A stretch of 64,000 bases of DNA, taken from contig NZ_PFGL01000041.1 in assembly GCF_002783505.1 (NCBI RefSeq), positions 27,370 to 91,369 of the forward strand. Reading direction: 5' to 3'. The position numbers were made by a program, and so were the translations under genes. Of the stretch, positions 51,348 through 60,953 are shown piece by piece. Position 1 is the first letter of the stretch; the number at the start of each line of letters is the position of its first letter. The stretch is from Shewanella sp. CG12_big_fil_rev_8_21_14_0_65_47_15 (GTDB taxonomy: Bacteria; Pseudomonadota; Gammaproteobacteria; Enterobacterales; Shewanellaceae). The notes beneath the pieces were generated by a model that searched no databases, was not told the DNA's origin, and saw only the letters and a list, made by a program, of their open reading frames with translations.

Positions 51348-51998
51348 ATGTCTATCTATTCGAGAGTTGATATGACACATTCCGCTGAAAGGCCATTACC
51401 CATGAGCCGTAGTGAGCAGAAAAGACAGCAAGTTCTTGTTGCTGCAATTGATTTGTTTTGCCGTCAAGGTTTTCCCCATACCAGCATGGATGAAGTCGCT
51501 AGACTTGCTGGGGTCTCTAAGCAGACAGTGTATTCCCATTACGGCAGTAAAGATGAGCTCTTCGTGGCGGCGATAGAATCGAAATGTGTTGGCCACAATC
51601 TGAATGATGATTTGTTAAAGGATCCGACCCAACCCGAGTCAACCCTGACACAATTTGCCCTACAATTTGGCGACATGATCGTCAGCCCTGAGGCTATTAC
51701 CGTCTTCAAAGCCTGTGTGGCGCAGTCCGAAAGCCATCCCGAAGTGTCGCGGTTATTTTTTGAGGCTGGCCCTAAACATATGGTCGCTATGCTGTCCGGT
51801 TATTTAGCTTCGGTAGACGCTTTAGGTCAATATCGGTTTGGTAATGCCCATCACTGCGCCGTAAGGCTGTGTTTAATGCTCTTTGGTGAGCTGAAACTCA
51901 GGCTAGAGCTAGGACTGGATGTCGAAGGGTTAATACAAGAACGCGAGGCTTATATTTGCGGTTGTGCGGAAATGTTTTTAAAGGCTTATCGCATTTAA
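51348..51998 (+). CDS. TetR/AcrR-family transcriptional repressor
   Basis: HTH segment FPHTSMDEVARLAGVSKQTVYSHYGSKDELF. Alternative starts lie at 51372 (SD GAGAG) and 51402. Confidence 0.85.
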   Translation: MSIYSRVDMTHSAERPLPMSRSEQKRQQVLVAAIDLFCRQGFPHTSMDEVARLAGVSKQTVYSHYGSKDELFVAAIESKCVGHNLNDDLLKDPTQPESTLTQFALQFGDMIVSPEAITVFKACVAQSESHPEVSRLFFEAGPKHMVAMLSGYLASVDALGQYRFGNAHHCAVRLCLMLFGELKLRLELGLDVEGLIQEREAYICGCAEMFLKAYRI

Positions 51999-52101
51999 AA
52001 GTGTCAGTTTGTATCTTTGCTTTTAAAGATTGAACCTTTCTCTTACTGTCAGCGTATGATCCGCAACAATACACTTACTCTTTAAAGTACAAGGATCTGG
52101 C

Positions 52102-53046
52102 GTGATAAATCATCATCCCACAGTCAACAACATAAGCTCCCTTATATTAAAAACTAGCCTATTGCTGGTGGCTGTTTTTAGTTGTATGGCGGTCGCTGCT
52201 GAAAAACCAGCGGCTGAGAATAAGCGTTTTAAGCTCAGTGTGTCGCAGATAAGTACTCAGAGTACCGCGGTTGCTAACGGCAATACTGAGCTACAAAGGG
52301 ATAGTTTGCTGTTAAATGCGGGGATGAATATTCCATTAAATCGACAATGGTCGCTGGGGTTACGGGGAGGCTATGACCGACTCGATTACGATTGGCGTCA
52401 AATTACCCTCAACGGTGCCAACAATGTGTCAAGCCTCTTCGGTGCGACAGGGCAAAGTTGGGAGCACATTGACCGATATCGCGCCAGTGTTTCTTTAAAC
52501 TATCGCATGGATAAACATTGGGCCTTCTTTTTAGCACCACAGATCCAATATGCCTACGCCGATACGGCTTCGGCCAGCAATGCCCAGAGTTACGGCGTCG
52601 TCGCTTCGGCTATGTATGCCTTTGATTCGGGTAATATGATTGGTTTTGGTGTCGCTTATCTTAATGATATTGATGAAGTTCGCACCGTTCCTTACCTTGC
52701 GATGCGCTGGCAGATAAATGAACATTGGGTACTGGCCAATCCCTTCCAAGCCGGGTTTAGCGGTCCAGCAGGATTGGAGCTGAGTTACCAATTTAATCCT
52801 AATTGGAATATTGGCTTAGGTAGTGCACGGCGAACGGAGCGATTCCTGATAGAGGACGATGATACCGCAGTCGAAACCAATGAGTGGGTGGGTTATATTC
52901 GTGGCGGCTGGCTGGCAACACCGGCACTATCGATAAATCTTTACGCCGGATACTACTTTAATGGTGAATTAGAAGTGACACGCCAAGCTGCGCTCGAGAT
53001 GGATAACCAAGGCGCAGCGGCCTTGGATATCGAATTTAAATTCTAA
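52102..53046 (+). CDS. outer-membrane beta-barrel protein (unknown family)
   Basis: Signal peptide (LLLVAVFSCMAVAAE), alternating beta-strand pattern, and a C-terminal IEFKF. GTG start. Confidence 0.5.
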   Translation: MINHHPTVNNISSLILKTSLLLVAVFSCMAVAAEKPAAENKRFKLSVSQISTQSTAVANGNTELQRDSLLLNAGMNIPLNRQWSLGLRGGYDRLDYDWRQITLNGANNVSSLFGATGQSWEHIDRYRASVSLNYRMDKHWAFFLAPQIQYAYADTASASNAQSYGVVASAMYAFDSGNMIGFGVAYLNDIDEVRTVPYLAMRWQINEHWVLANPFQAGFSGPAGLELSYQFNPNWNIGLGSARRTERFLIEDDDTAVETNEWVGYIRGGWLATPALSINLYAGYYFNGELEVTRQAALEMDNQGAAALDIEFKF

Positions 53047-53062
53047 TTCAAATTTACGCTAG

Positions 53063-53623
53063 CTATTTACCCAGCATCGCCTCTTTGAGGCTTTTCTGGG
53101 CTGGCTTATCGCCTAACCAAATTTTTAACAGCGCTTGACGGAACATCTCACCTTCGATGGTGGCTTGTTCCTGACCGTTTTTGTAGGCAGTTACGCCGCG
53201 GGCTTTATTCGCGACTAAGGTAAATTGGTCACCTTCTTTAATTTCTTCCTTAAACAACGCCATAAAGGCATCGATTTGCGGTTGGATATCGGCGGTGTTT
53301 TCTGCCGTCGCGTGCTCAAAACCTTCTGTGATCGCATCGCGCATTTTTTCTGAGGTGATCATGCCTGAGGTAATGTTAAGGCGGATAGCGGCAACCGGGG
53401 CCTCTAAGACTGCAACAGTGCTGCTGAGCTGTGCTGGTACATAGAGGCTGCCCACGTACAAATCCATAAAAAATTTACTGCGAACGCCGGCGCCATTTAG
53501 CTGTAAGGATTGGTTTTCAAGCACTATAGTGTCGGCGACTTCTATGCCAGAGATATCTTTTGCGCAGGAAATATTAGGTAAAAACAGCGCTGTAGCTAAG
53601 GTTAGTGTTGAGAGTAACTTCAT
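53063..53623 (-). CDS. periplasmic chalcone-isomerase-like family protein
   Basis: Signal peptide. KFFMDLYVGSLYV resembles the Chalcone_3-type family as I remember it. GAGGTG lies 4 nt before the ATG at 53623. Confidence 0.5.
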   Translation of the reverse strand: MKLLSTLTLATALFLPNISCAKDISGIEVADTIVLENQSLQLNGAGVRSKFFMDLYVGSLYVPAQLSSTVAVLEAPVAAIRLNITSGMITSEKMRDAITEGFEHATAENTADIQPQIDAFMALFKEEIKEGDQFTLVANKARGVTAYKNGQEQATIEGEMFRQALLKIWLGDKPAQKSLKEAMLGK

Positions 53624-53801
53624 AATACACCTCATATCGTATTGTTTTAGTTATAGTTGTGCGGCTCATTCCATTAGCAATCCGAGGATACCATGCTGTG
53701 AACACGAGCCTGATACTAATCGAAAGAAAGGGGGAGTGATAGCCCTTAGTTACCACTCGATTTTGGGGCGTTTAATGCTTAAAACACCATATTATGCAGG
53801 G

Positions 53802-54278
53802 CTAGCCGCGAATACCTAACTTGTACTGACCATTTTGCTCAAACATAACGGCTTGTTTTTGTTTAGGAGAGATAAGAATTGGGCCATCGTCGAAAAATAA
53901 AAAGCACTTCCAGTTACGGACAAACACATCCCAGCGTGTCTCGATAATTTGGTATTTCTCATAGCAAAAATACACCGGCGTTTCGTCTGGCCACTGGATA
54001 AATTCCGCCAACATTTCGGGTAGGCTGCTCTCTTCGCTATCCCAGGCACTCTGCCAATGATCCGTTTTTGTCCAAGCATTGGCTTTCGCCGCCCAATCCC
54101 CCTTAGTAAATTGTTCGGCACGACTACTCTTATTGCTGATCCATTGATTCCAAACTTCCATGGCACTTTTATCCGTCAAAGGTAGGATATAGGCCTTATC
54201 TTCATCGGTCACAGGTAAGTCTTGGTGGTTGAAAATCCACTTACGTTTGTAATTTTGTAAGGCTATGTAGCTATTCAT
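53802..54278 (-). CDS. Trp-rich hypothetical protein
   Basis: ORF with its ATG at 54278 (the track start at 54332 is a TTG). No motif I can name with confidence. Confidence 0.4.
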   Translation of the reverse strand: MNSYIALQNYKRKWIFNHQDLPVTDEDKAYILPLTDKSAMEVWNQWISNKSSRAEQFTKGDWAAKANAWTKTDHWQSAWDSEESSLPEMLAEFIQWPDETPVYFCYEKYQIIETRWDVFVRNWKCFLFFDDGPILISPKQKQAVMFEQNGQYKLGIRG

Positions 54279-54424
54279 CTTTAAATTGATACCATCAAAA
54301 AATAAGTGCTGAAACGAGGGGGGGAGGGACAACGTACCATTTTATCAGAGTAGAGGTAAGATTTTATGGTCTTTATCTGTTTTGTTTCCTGTGTTTTAAG
54401 TCTAATCATGCAATACGTTAGATA

Positions 54425-54440
54425 TGGCGTAACTTTTGCT
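54425..54440 (+). promoter_or_regulatory. candidate sigma-54 (-24/-12) promoter
   Basis: TGGCGTAACTTTTGCT has GG-N10-GC spacing and matches TGGC and TTGCT of the TGGCACG-N4-TTGCW consensus. It lies 80 nt upstream of the first gene of the plus-strand glycosylation operon. Confidence 0.4.
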
Positions 54441-54519
54441 TGAACTACAATGTGTTATTATGTTGTCAATAAACTAACTTATGCTAACAATACTGTAATC
54501 GTTTTGGCGGGAGATAGTC

Positions 54520-55572
54520 ATGAATAATGGTTGGAAAAAATCAGTAATTAAGCCTAACGACACGATATTGAAGGCTATTGAGATCTTGAACAATGAGGTA
54601 TTAAAAGTAGTCTTAGTCATTAATGATTTTGGTAACTTACTTGGTACTATAACGGACGGTGATATTCGTCGTGGTATTTTGAAAAGTATGTCTTTAAATT
54701 CTCCCGTTGCAGACATCATGTTTGTCACCCCGATTACTGCGTTAAAGGGAACTTCAAAACGTGAACTCGCTAAAATCATGGAACAAAAATCGATCACATC
54801 GATACCTATCCTTGATAATGGCAAAGTCGTTGATGTTCAAACGTTAAAATCAGTATCAAAGAAAAATGTGTATGATAATCCCATTTTTTTAATGGCAGGG
54901 GGATTTGGGACTCGATTAAGGCCGCTGACCGACCACGCCCCAAAGCCAATGTTAAGTGTGGGGGGGCGTCCGATATTGGAAACAATTTTGTTAAGTTTTA
55001 TTCGGGCTGGGTTTAAAAATTTCTATATTTCGGTTTTCTACAAACCAGAGATTATTAAGAGTTACTTTGGTGATGGAAGCAAATGGGACGTTAGCATTCA
55101 GTATGTTCAGGAAGATCAGCCGCTAGGCACTGCTGGAGCCTTAAGTCTATTGCCTCGAGATATGCCAAATTTACCCATGATTGTGATGAATGGAGATATC
55201 CTCACTAACGTTGATTTTGAAAGACTGATCGAATTCCATAATGATAATGGCGCGATGGCAACGATGTGCGTGCGAGATTATGAATACCAAGTTCCTTATG
55301 GTGTCATTGTAGGCGATGGTCATCATATTTTGTCGATGGAAGAAAAGCCTATTCAACGTTTCTTTGTGAATGCAGGTATTTATGTATTAACGCCAGAATT
55401 GATTCGAGAAGTACAGCAAGACATCAAAATCGACATGCCGACGTTATTACAAAATACGATTGATAAAATGGAACAAGTACTCATGTTTCCCATCCATGAG
55501 TATTGGCTGGATATCGGTCGTTTAGATGATTTTGACCGTGCTCAAGCCGATATTGCTATGCTAGAGATTTAG
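54520..55572 (+). CDS. CBS-pair + sugar-phosphate nucleotidyltransferase (PtmE-like)
   Basis: An N-terminal CBS pair, then LMAGGFGTRLRPLT, the NTP-transferase G-x-G-T-R-L motif. This is the architecture described for Campylobacter PtmE (GlcN-1-P guanylyltransferase). Confidence 0.75.
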   Translation: MNNGWKKSVIKPNDTILKAIEILNNEVLKVVLVINDFGNLLGTITDGDIRRGILKSMSLNSPVADIMFVTPITALKGTSKRELAKIMEQKSITSIPILDNGKVVDVQTLKSVSKKNVYDNPIFLMAGGFGTRLRPLTDHAPKPMLSVGGRPILETILLSFIRAGFKNFYISVFYKPEIIKSYFGDGSKWDVSIQYVQEDQPLGTAGALSLLPRDMPNLPMIVMNGDILTNVDFERLIEFHNDNGAMATMCVRDYEYQVPYGVIVGDGHHILSMEEKPIQRFFVNAGIYVLTPELIREVQQDIKIDMPTLLQNTIDKMEQVLMFPIHEYWLDIGRLDDFDRAQADIAMLEI

Positions 55573-55575
55573 TGA

Positions 55576-56271
55576 ATGAATAAACGCGTATTAGCCCTTA
55601 TTCCCGCACGCGCGGGCAGTAAACGTATTGTAAACAAAAACATTAAACCTTTTGCTGGCAAGCCATTGATAGCTTGGACCATAGAAGCAGCTAAAGCCTG
55701 TGAGAATATCACGGATGTTGTTGTGAGTACCGATGGTGAAGATATAGCTGCGATAGCAAGACAATATGGAGCAGAAACACCATTTATACGTCCTGATATT
55801 TTGTCATCGGACACTGCATCATCAATTGATGTCGTCTTGCATGCTGTCGACTTTTTATCTGAGAGTGGGAGAGATTATGATTTATTACTCTTATTGCAGC
55901 CTACATCGCCATTAAGAGGCACATCAGATATATCAACAGCAATTGATTTTTTTAGGCGTAGCAATGCACAAGGGGTAATTTCAGTCTGTGAGTGCGAACA
56001 TAGCCCTTTGTGGGCTAATATTTTGCCTGAATCTAAGTCGCTCGATGGTTTTATTTCGCCTGAAATCAGCGAGTTGCGCAGCCAGGACTTACCTGTTTAC
56101 TATCGCTTTAATGGTGCTATCTATTTATTTGATGTGCAACAGTTGCAGCTAAGAAAGTCATTTTTCTATTCCCAAAATGTTTTTGCTCATGTGATGAACA
56201 AAGAAGACTCCATTGATATTGATACCGAGATTGATTTCCAATTTGGTGAATTTTTGGCGTCTAAAAAATAG
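55576..56271 (+). CDS. neuA: acylneuraminate cytidylyltransferase family (CMP-nonulosonic acid synthetase, NeuA/LegF-like)
   Basis: LALIPARAGSKRIVNKNIKPFAGKPLIAWTI is the canonical CMP-sugar synthetase N-terminus. Confidence 0.85.
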   Translation: MNKRVLALIPARAGSKRIVNKNIKPFAGKPLIAWTIEAAKACENITDVVVSTDGEDIAAIARQYGAETPFIRPDILSSDTASSIDVVLHAVDFLSESGRDYDLLLLLQPTSPLRGTSDISTAIDFFRRSNAQGVISVCECEHSPLWANILPESKSLDGFISPEISELRSQDLPVYYRFNGAIYLFDVQQLQLRKSFFYSQNVFAHVMNKEDSIDIDTEIDFQFGEFLASKK

Positions 56272-56300
56272 TTAACTCTCCGTATTGAAAGGATAATGTA

Positions 56301-58781
56301 ATGAACCCTCCTGAAGAAAAATTAGATTTCTCAACTAATGCTTTTGGTGAAAGGTATTTATATCCTGTCAATCAAATCTGTTTTGACCGGTACGATTCAC
56401 ACAGTGTTTTCAAAGCTCACTATCATGAAGTCTTATGGGACGATGATACATTCAATGTCATTATTGGGACTGACTCTGGATTGCTGGTTGATTATGTTAG
56501 GCAACACCGTAAGCAAGATAATTCGGTGTATATCTTTGTTGAGTTACAGTCTTTGGTGGGAACTGTTAGCACAAACTGCTCCATTGAAGAAGATTCCAAT
56601 ATTTACATCTATGGAGCCGATGAGTGGGAATCGGCGGTAAAGCATTCGGAAATAGCACAATTCATCTATAAAAATAAATTACGTTTTTTTGACTCATTGG
56701 GTGCTAGATACGAATACTTGGATGATTATCATGCGCTAAAGTTTAAAGTGCATGCCAGTTTAGAGCAGCTTTCCTATTTAAACCGCGTCACGCTCGGCAG
56801 TGAAAACTTTATTGTGCGCCAGCTACAAAATATCTCTGAAAATAATCTTCCCGCTATGCCACTCAAAGATGTATTTACGGGGTGCACAGCCATTATTCTT
56901 GCTGGTGGTCCATCATTAGATGAGGTACTTCCCTGGGTCATTGAGCATCGTAAACGACTGGTCGTTATTGCGGTATCAAGGATTGCCAAGCGCCTACGAG
57001 AAGTTGATTTGATCCCTGATGTGTTTGTATCAGTTGATCCTTTCGATGATAGTTTTGATGTCAGCAAAGAGATGTTGGAGTTTCCGCCATCCGTCGTATT
57101 TGTAAATTCTTATCATGTTGTTTCTAAGTTATTAGCGCAGTGGCGGGGACCAAATCTTTATCTTGGTTTACGCTTCCCATGGAAAACAACCAATAATAGT
57201 GAAAACTTTTATTCTGCAGGGCCAACAGTGACCAATTCTGCTTTGTCATTTACGTTAGGAATTGGTTGCTCCAAAATTTTATTTGCGGGTGTGGATCTGT
57301 GTTTTTCTAAGGAAGGCTACACACATGCAAAAGGCAGTATTGAAACTGCCCAAGGTCCTTTGCTTACTGCTGATGGATTGTGGGTAGAAACCAATGCAAA
57401 TGAGATGGCTGAAACGTCGTTTCCATTGGCCTCTGCTCGTGAGCAATTTGAAATAGTGATTGCAGAGCTAACAGAGAATAAATTTGAGATTATTAACCTT
57501 TCTTTGAACGCGGCAAAAATCAAAGGCGTGAGTTATCAAAATATTCAACATGTTAATATTGTTGGTTTTCCTGATGATGCCAAGCAAAAGATGCAAGCAT
57601 ATTGCGATAGCTTCACTGAGAATACACTGCGGCAAGATAATAATATGGTATTTAAAGAGTTATCCAAGGTTCAACAAGATCTGAAGCAAATAATTTTGCT
57701 CGCCGATGAGGGCATTATAACGAATAAGAAGTTGTATAAATGCCAGATGCAACATCAAAAAGATCGCATTGTAGTTAAATTAAATAAAATCCAGAGTAAA
57801 CTGGACAAAAATTTTGCGTATCTTGCAAGGCTGCTGAAAACCTATGGATTGACTTATTTTGTGGAATATATGGATCCGAGTTCCATAGAGCATTGGGACG
57901 ATACTCAATTAGAGAAAAGTGGCGATCTTTACTATCAAGCGTATAAGAAGAGTGCCAAAAAACTGTTAAAGCTGATTGATTCAAGCATTGAGCGTGTTGT
58001 AGCACGAAAAGAAGAGCTGAAAAGTCAGCCTGATTTTGAATTGATGTTTTCTACGTGGCGGCGAGATAAACAGTTAGGGCGGGCTTACCTTTGGATGCAG
58101 AAACATACATTAGCAGCACAATCTCTTGTTACTCAGCAGAGTTTCGAACAGATATTAGTTGAGTATAATGCAGAAATTAATTCAAATGACACCGATCATG
58201 CTCAATTTATTGCGAAAAGAGCCAGTGCTGAAGGCGTTGAGCATAAAGCCACACAGCTTTTTGCAAAACGAGATCTGCATGGATTGCAAAAACTGGCTCT
58301 CAGTTTGTCTTTGCAACCTAACAATAATGGTGCTAAAGATTCTTTAACGCATTTATTATTTGGCTATATCAATGTGTTAGTGGACAATAATGATGCTGCG
58401 TTGGAGCATTTTCAACAAACCAGTGTTGATAGTCATCGAATGTACGCACTAAATCACCTTGTAGGAATTGAACTTGGGAAGAAACACTTTCCAGAAGCCA
58501 TTGTGGGGTTAAAAGAGTTGTGCAAGTTCTCTCCAAGGTATTTGATTAAGCTCGCGCACTTGCAGTATTTGACTGGGGATCCATTGGCAGCTGTCGATGT
58601 CTACAACCAATATTTAACACTATTTGGGGACGATACTCATGCGTGGATGGCGTTAGCGAAAATATTCTTTGAGTTAGGAGCGACAGAATCAGCCCAAATT
58701 GCCTGTGATTATGTGGTGAGTGTTGAACCACAAAACAAGCTCGCGGCTGCAATGCTATTGCAGATTGGTCAATCAGCTTAG
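56301..58781 (+). CDS. maf: motility accessory factor (Maf) flagellin nonulosonic-acid glycosyltransferase, with C-terminal TPR-like repeats
   Basis: Central DUF115/MptE-like region (ILAGGPSLDE ... FAGVDLCFS). 826 aa, sitting in a nonulosonic-acid locus. Confidence 0.7.
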   Translation: MNPPEEKLDFSTNAFGERYLYPVNQICFDRYDSHSVFKAHYHEVLWDDDTFNVIIGTDSGLLVDYVRQHRKQDNSVYIFVELQSLVGTVSTNCSIEEDSNIYIYGADEWESAVKHSEIAQFIYKNKLRFFDSLGARYEYLDDYHALKFKVHASLEQLSYLNRVTLGSENFIVRQLQNISENNLPAMPLKDVFTGCTAIILAGGPSLDEVLPWVIEHRKRLVVIAVSRIAKRLREVDLIPDVFVSVDPFDDSFDVSKEMLEFPPSVVFVNSYHVVSKLLAQWRGPNLYLGLRFPWKTTNNSENFYSAGPTVTNSALSFTLGIGCSKILFAGVDLCFSKEGYTHAKGSIETAQGPLLTADGLWVETNANEMAETSFPLASAREQFEIVIAELTENKFEIINLSLNAAKIKGVSYQNIQHVNIVGFPDDAKQKMQAYCDSFTENTLRQDNNMVFKELSKVQQDLKQIILLADEGIITNKKLYKCQMQHQKDRIVVKLNKIQSKLDKNFAYLARLLKTYGLTYFVEYMDPSSIEHWDDTQLEKSGDLYYQAYKKSAKKLLKLIDSSIERVVARKEELKSQPDFELMFSTWRRDKQLGRAYLWMQKHTLAAQSLVTQQSFEQILVEYNAEINSNDTDHAQFIAKRASAEGVEHKATQLFAKRDLHGLQKLALSLSLQPNNNGAKDSLTHLLFGYINVLVDNNDAALEHFQQTSVDSHRMYALNHLVGIELGKKHFPEAIVGLKELCKFSPRYLIKLAHLQYLTGDPLAAVDVYNQYLTLFGDDTHAWMALAKIFFELGATESAQIACDYVVSVEPQNKLAAAMLLQIGQSA

Positions 58782-59803
58782 AAACTGGTCGAATGTTGGT
58801 CAAAGTCTTGTATGGCTTTGGCTAATCGCTCCATGTCTTGTATGGTATAACGAGCATCAAGTGGGATTGATAACCAATTTATACTGATATTATTGATTGA
58901 CTTAAGATAATTGCTTTCAGATACAGGCCAATGTGTCGGGAGGTAGATGCTTTGACTGGCAAGATACTTTTTTAACTCGCTTTTTCGCGCATGTTTGAGC
59001 ACCGAAAATGAATAAAAATCAGTGTCGATTTGCAGTAAATTGTTTGCAAGTAATTGTTTAAGGCATAGATAGTTTTCTCGTCGGGTTTGTGTTTCATCTT
59101 GTAATTGTCGATAGAATTCCATTGCCATTATTTGACTCTGCATAGAGACCGCTACGATGTTTTTTTGACTATCGAGCAGCCGTTCGGCTTGTTCAAATTT
59201 TGTCAGATATCGCTGTTCAGATAACGGTATTTGCGGCTCAATGTGTTGATAAATGAATCGATGCTTTAAGGCTTTTGCTGAGTATTTTAGCGTTGAAAAT
59301 GGTGAATTAGTTGCTCCTGTTATTAGCTCCAACAGCAAAGGTCTATTGGCCCGAATAAGGCTACCATCAGCAAGCTTTGAGATTTTTCGAAGACTATTAA
59401 ACGCATAACATGCAGTGTCGATTTCTATCATACGTGGCATCGGATAAAAGACATCATCGATGATGAGTGTGTGCCCAGCGCTGAGTGGCAGAGTTAGCTT
59501 TTTACCCAAATCCATTCCAAAGTAATTGATGATATATAACACATCAAAGTGTTTTGGTAGCGCACTATAGTCGAGTGATAAATCTTGATTGACTGGATAA
59601 AAATGAATTTTAGATTGATATTCTTTAAAAATATCAATAATAACTTCGCAAAGATAATCAGGTAGGGCAACGTGTTTGGCTTGTAGTTTGGCGCTTTCAA
59701 TAATCAACCGTAGCGATGACCGCCCAGTTTGGGTGATCGCCTCAAAGTTAGGCTGTGCATATTCAGCCTCTCCGCCAATGGGTTTAATGTGTTGGTAAGT
59801 CAT
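58778..59803 (-). CDS. hypothetical protein, possibly a divergent DegT-like (PLP fold-type I) enzyme
   Basis: Weak collinear resemblance to DegT-family landmarks (TGRSSLRLII, ALPDYLCEVI, VLYIINYFGM, LIIDDVF, FNSLRKISK). The operon position is strong. The function is not established. Confidence 0.4.
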   Translation of the reverse strand: MTYQHIKPIGGEAEYAQPNFEAITQTGRSSLRLIIESAKLQAKHVALPDYLCEVIIDIFKEYQSKIHFYPVNQDLSLDYSALPKHFDVLYIINYFGMDLGKKLTLPLSAGHTLIIDDVFYPMPRMIEIDTACYAFNSLRKISKLADGSLIRANRPLLLELITGATNSPFSTLKYSAKALKHRFIYQHIEPQIPLSEQRYLTKFEQAERLLDSQKNIVAVSMQSQIMAMEFYRQLQDETQTRRENYLCLKQLLANNLLQIDTDFYSFSVLKHARKSELKKYLASQSIYLPTHWPVSESNYLKSINNISINWLSIPLDARYTIQDMERLAKAIQDFDQHSTSF

Positions 59804-60953
59804 AAAAGCGTTTCATTTTTAAACTGCTGAGATCAAACTGTTTGATAATTTCTTTAATCTTGAGGGAACTGCCTCCTTGATCGTAAGGATTTTGAGTCTG
59901 TTTAACCTTTGCTAAAAATGCCTCGTCGTAAATAGTGGTCAAGGCGGTGATTAATGCCTGATAATTGCATTCAATATCGAGAGTACTGTCGGCGCGGATC
60001 CGACCTTGTTGTCTAGGGCCAATATTGATGCTCGGTAGTTTAAATGATGGCGTTTCGACAATACCACTAGAGGAGTTACCGAGCACAGCATCGACATATT
60101 GAAGTAAAGATAAATATCTTTTTTGTCCTAGAGAGGTAAATCCAAGAGATTTTTTTGGATTTAACGAAACGTACTCATCAATAAGTTTATTGATGAGCCG
60201 GCCACCAATATCACTATTGGCTTTCGTAAAGATGAGCAATGTGTCTTCAAGCGAATCGAGTGCCGCCAGTATCGTATTAAATGACAGGTTAATCGCTTCT
60301 AAATTATCATGACTATCGGGATGGTAGGTAATGATTAAGTTTTTGGGCATTAACGGGCATTGTAAACTCTCTTCAATTTCAGCTTTACTCATCAAGGTCA
60401 TATTGCGAATATTATCTAAGCCAGCTTCTCCAACGGTGAACACTCTGCTGGGATGCTCTCCCATCTGAATTATCCTCTGGCGGTAGTCTTCTATGGCGGC
60501 AAAATGCAAGTGAGCCAATTTCGTGATGGCATGGCGAAACAATTCGTCCATAACGCCTTCTGTTAGCTCGCCACCACTGAGGTGTGCGACGGGGATATGT
60601 GCAACATTCGCAGCTAATACAATTGGCAATAATTCATACCTGTCACCTAACACTACGACGAGATCTGGACGTAGGTCATCGAAGGCTTCCGCAAAGGATA
60701 TTTGGGCCAATCCCATGCTTTTGCTAACACCTACGGCTGAGTCGGATGAGAGTAAAATTTCAATTTTTTTTACAATCGGATAGGGATCTTTCTGGATCTC
60801 TTTGATGGTAAAACCAAATTCAGGTGAAAGATGTGTCCCTGTAACAATAAGTTGCAACATCAGATCCGCATCATGGTGAATAGCCGTTAGCAGGGGCTTT
60901 AATAGCCCATACTCAGCTCTAGTCGCTGACACGACACATATTTTACGACTCAT
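59784..60953 (-). CDS. neuC: hydrolysing UDP/GDP-N-acetylhexosamine 2-epimerase (NeuC/LegG-like)
   Basis: RKICVVSATRAEYGLLKPLL and VVLGDRYE are typical of the NeuC family. Confidence 0.85.
   Translation of the reverse strand: MSRKICVVSATRAEYGLLKPLLTAIHHDADLMLQLIVTGTHLSPEFGFTIKEIQKDPYPIVKKIEILLSSDSAVGVSKSMGLAQISFAEAFDDLRPDLVVVLGDRYELLPIVLAANVAHIPVAHLSGGELTEGVMDELFRHAITKLAHLHFAAIEDYRQRIIQMGEHPSRVFTVGEAGLDNIRNMTLMSKAEIEESLQCPLMPKNLIITYHPDSHDNLEAINLSFNTILAALDSLEDTLLIFTKANSDIGGRLINKLIDEYVSLNPKKSLGFTSLGQKRYLSLLQYVDAVLGNSSSGIVETPSFKLPSINIGPRQQGRIRADSTLDIECNYQALITALTTIYDEAFLAKVKQTQNPYDQGGSSLKIKEIIKQFDLSSLKMKRFYDLPTH

Noticed and set aside
53020-53062. GAATTTAAATTC 12-bp palindrome at the stop of the 52102-53046 beta-barrel gene, considered as a terminator or binding site between the convergent genes.
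   Set aside because: It is pure A/T with a GAATTC-like frame and lies within the codons for the terminal IEFKF. It is too weak to form a stable hairpin and has no U-tract.
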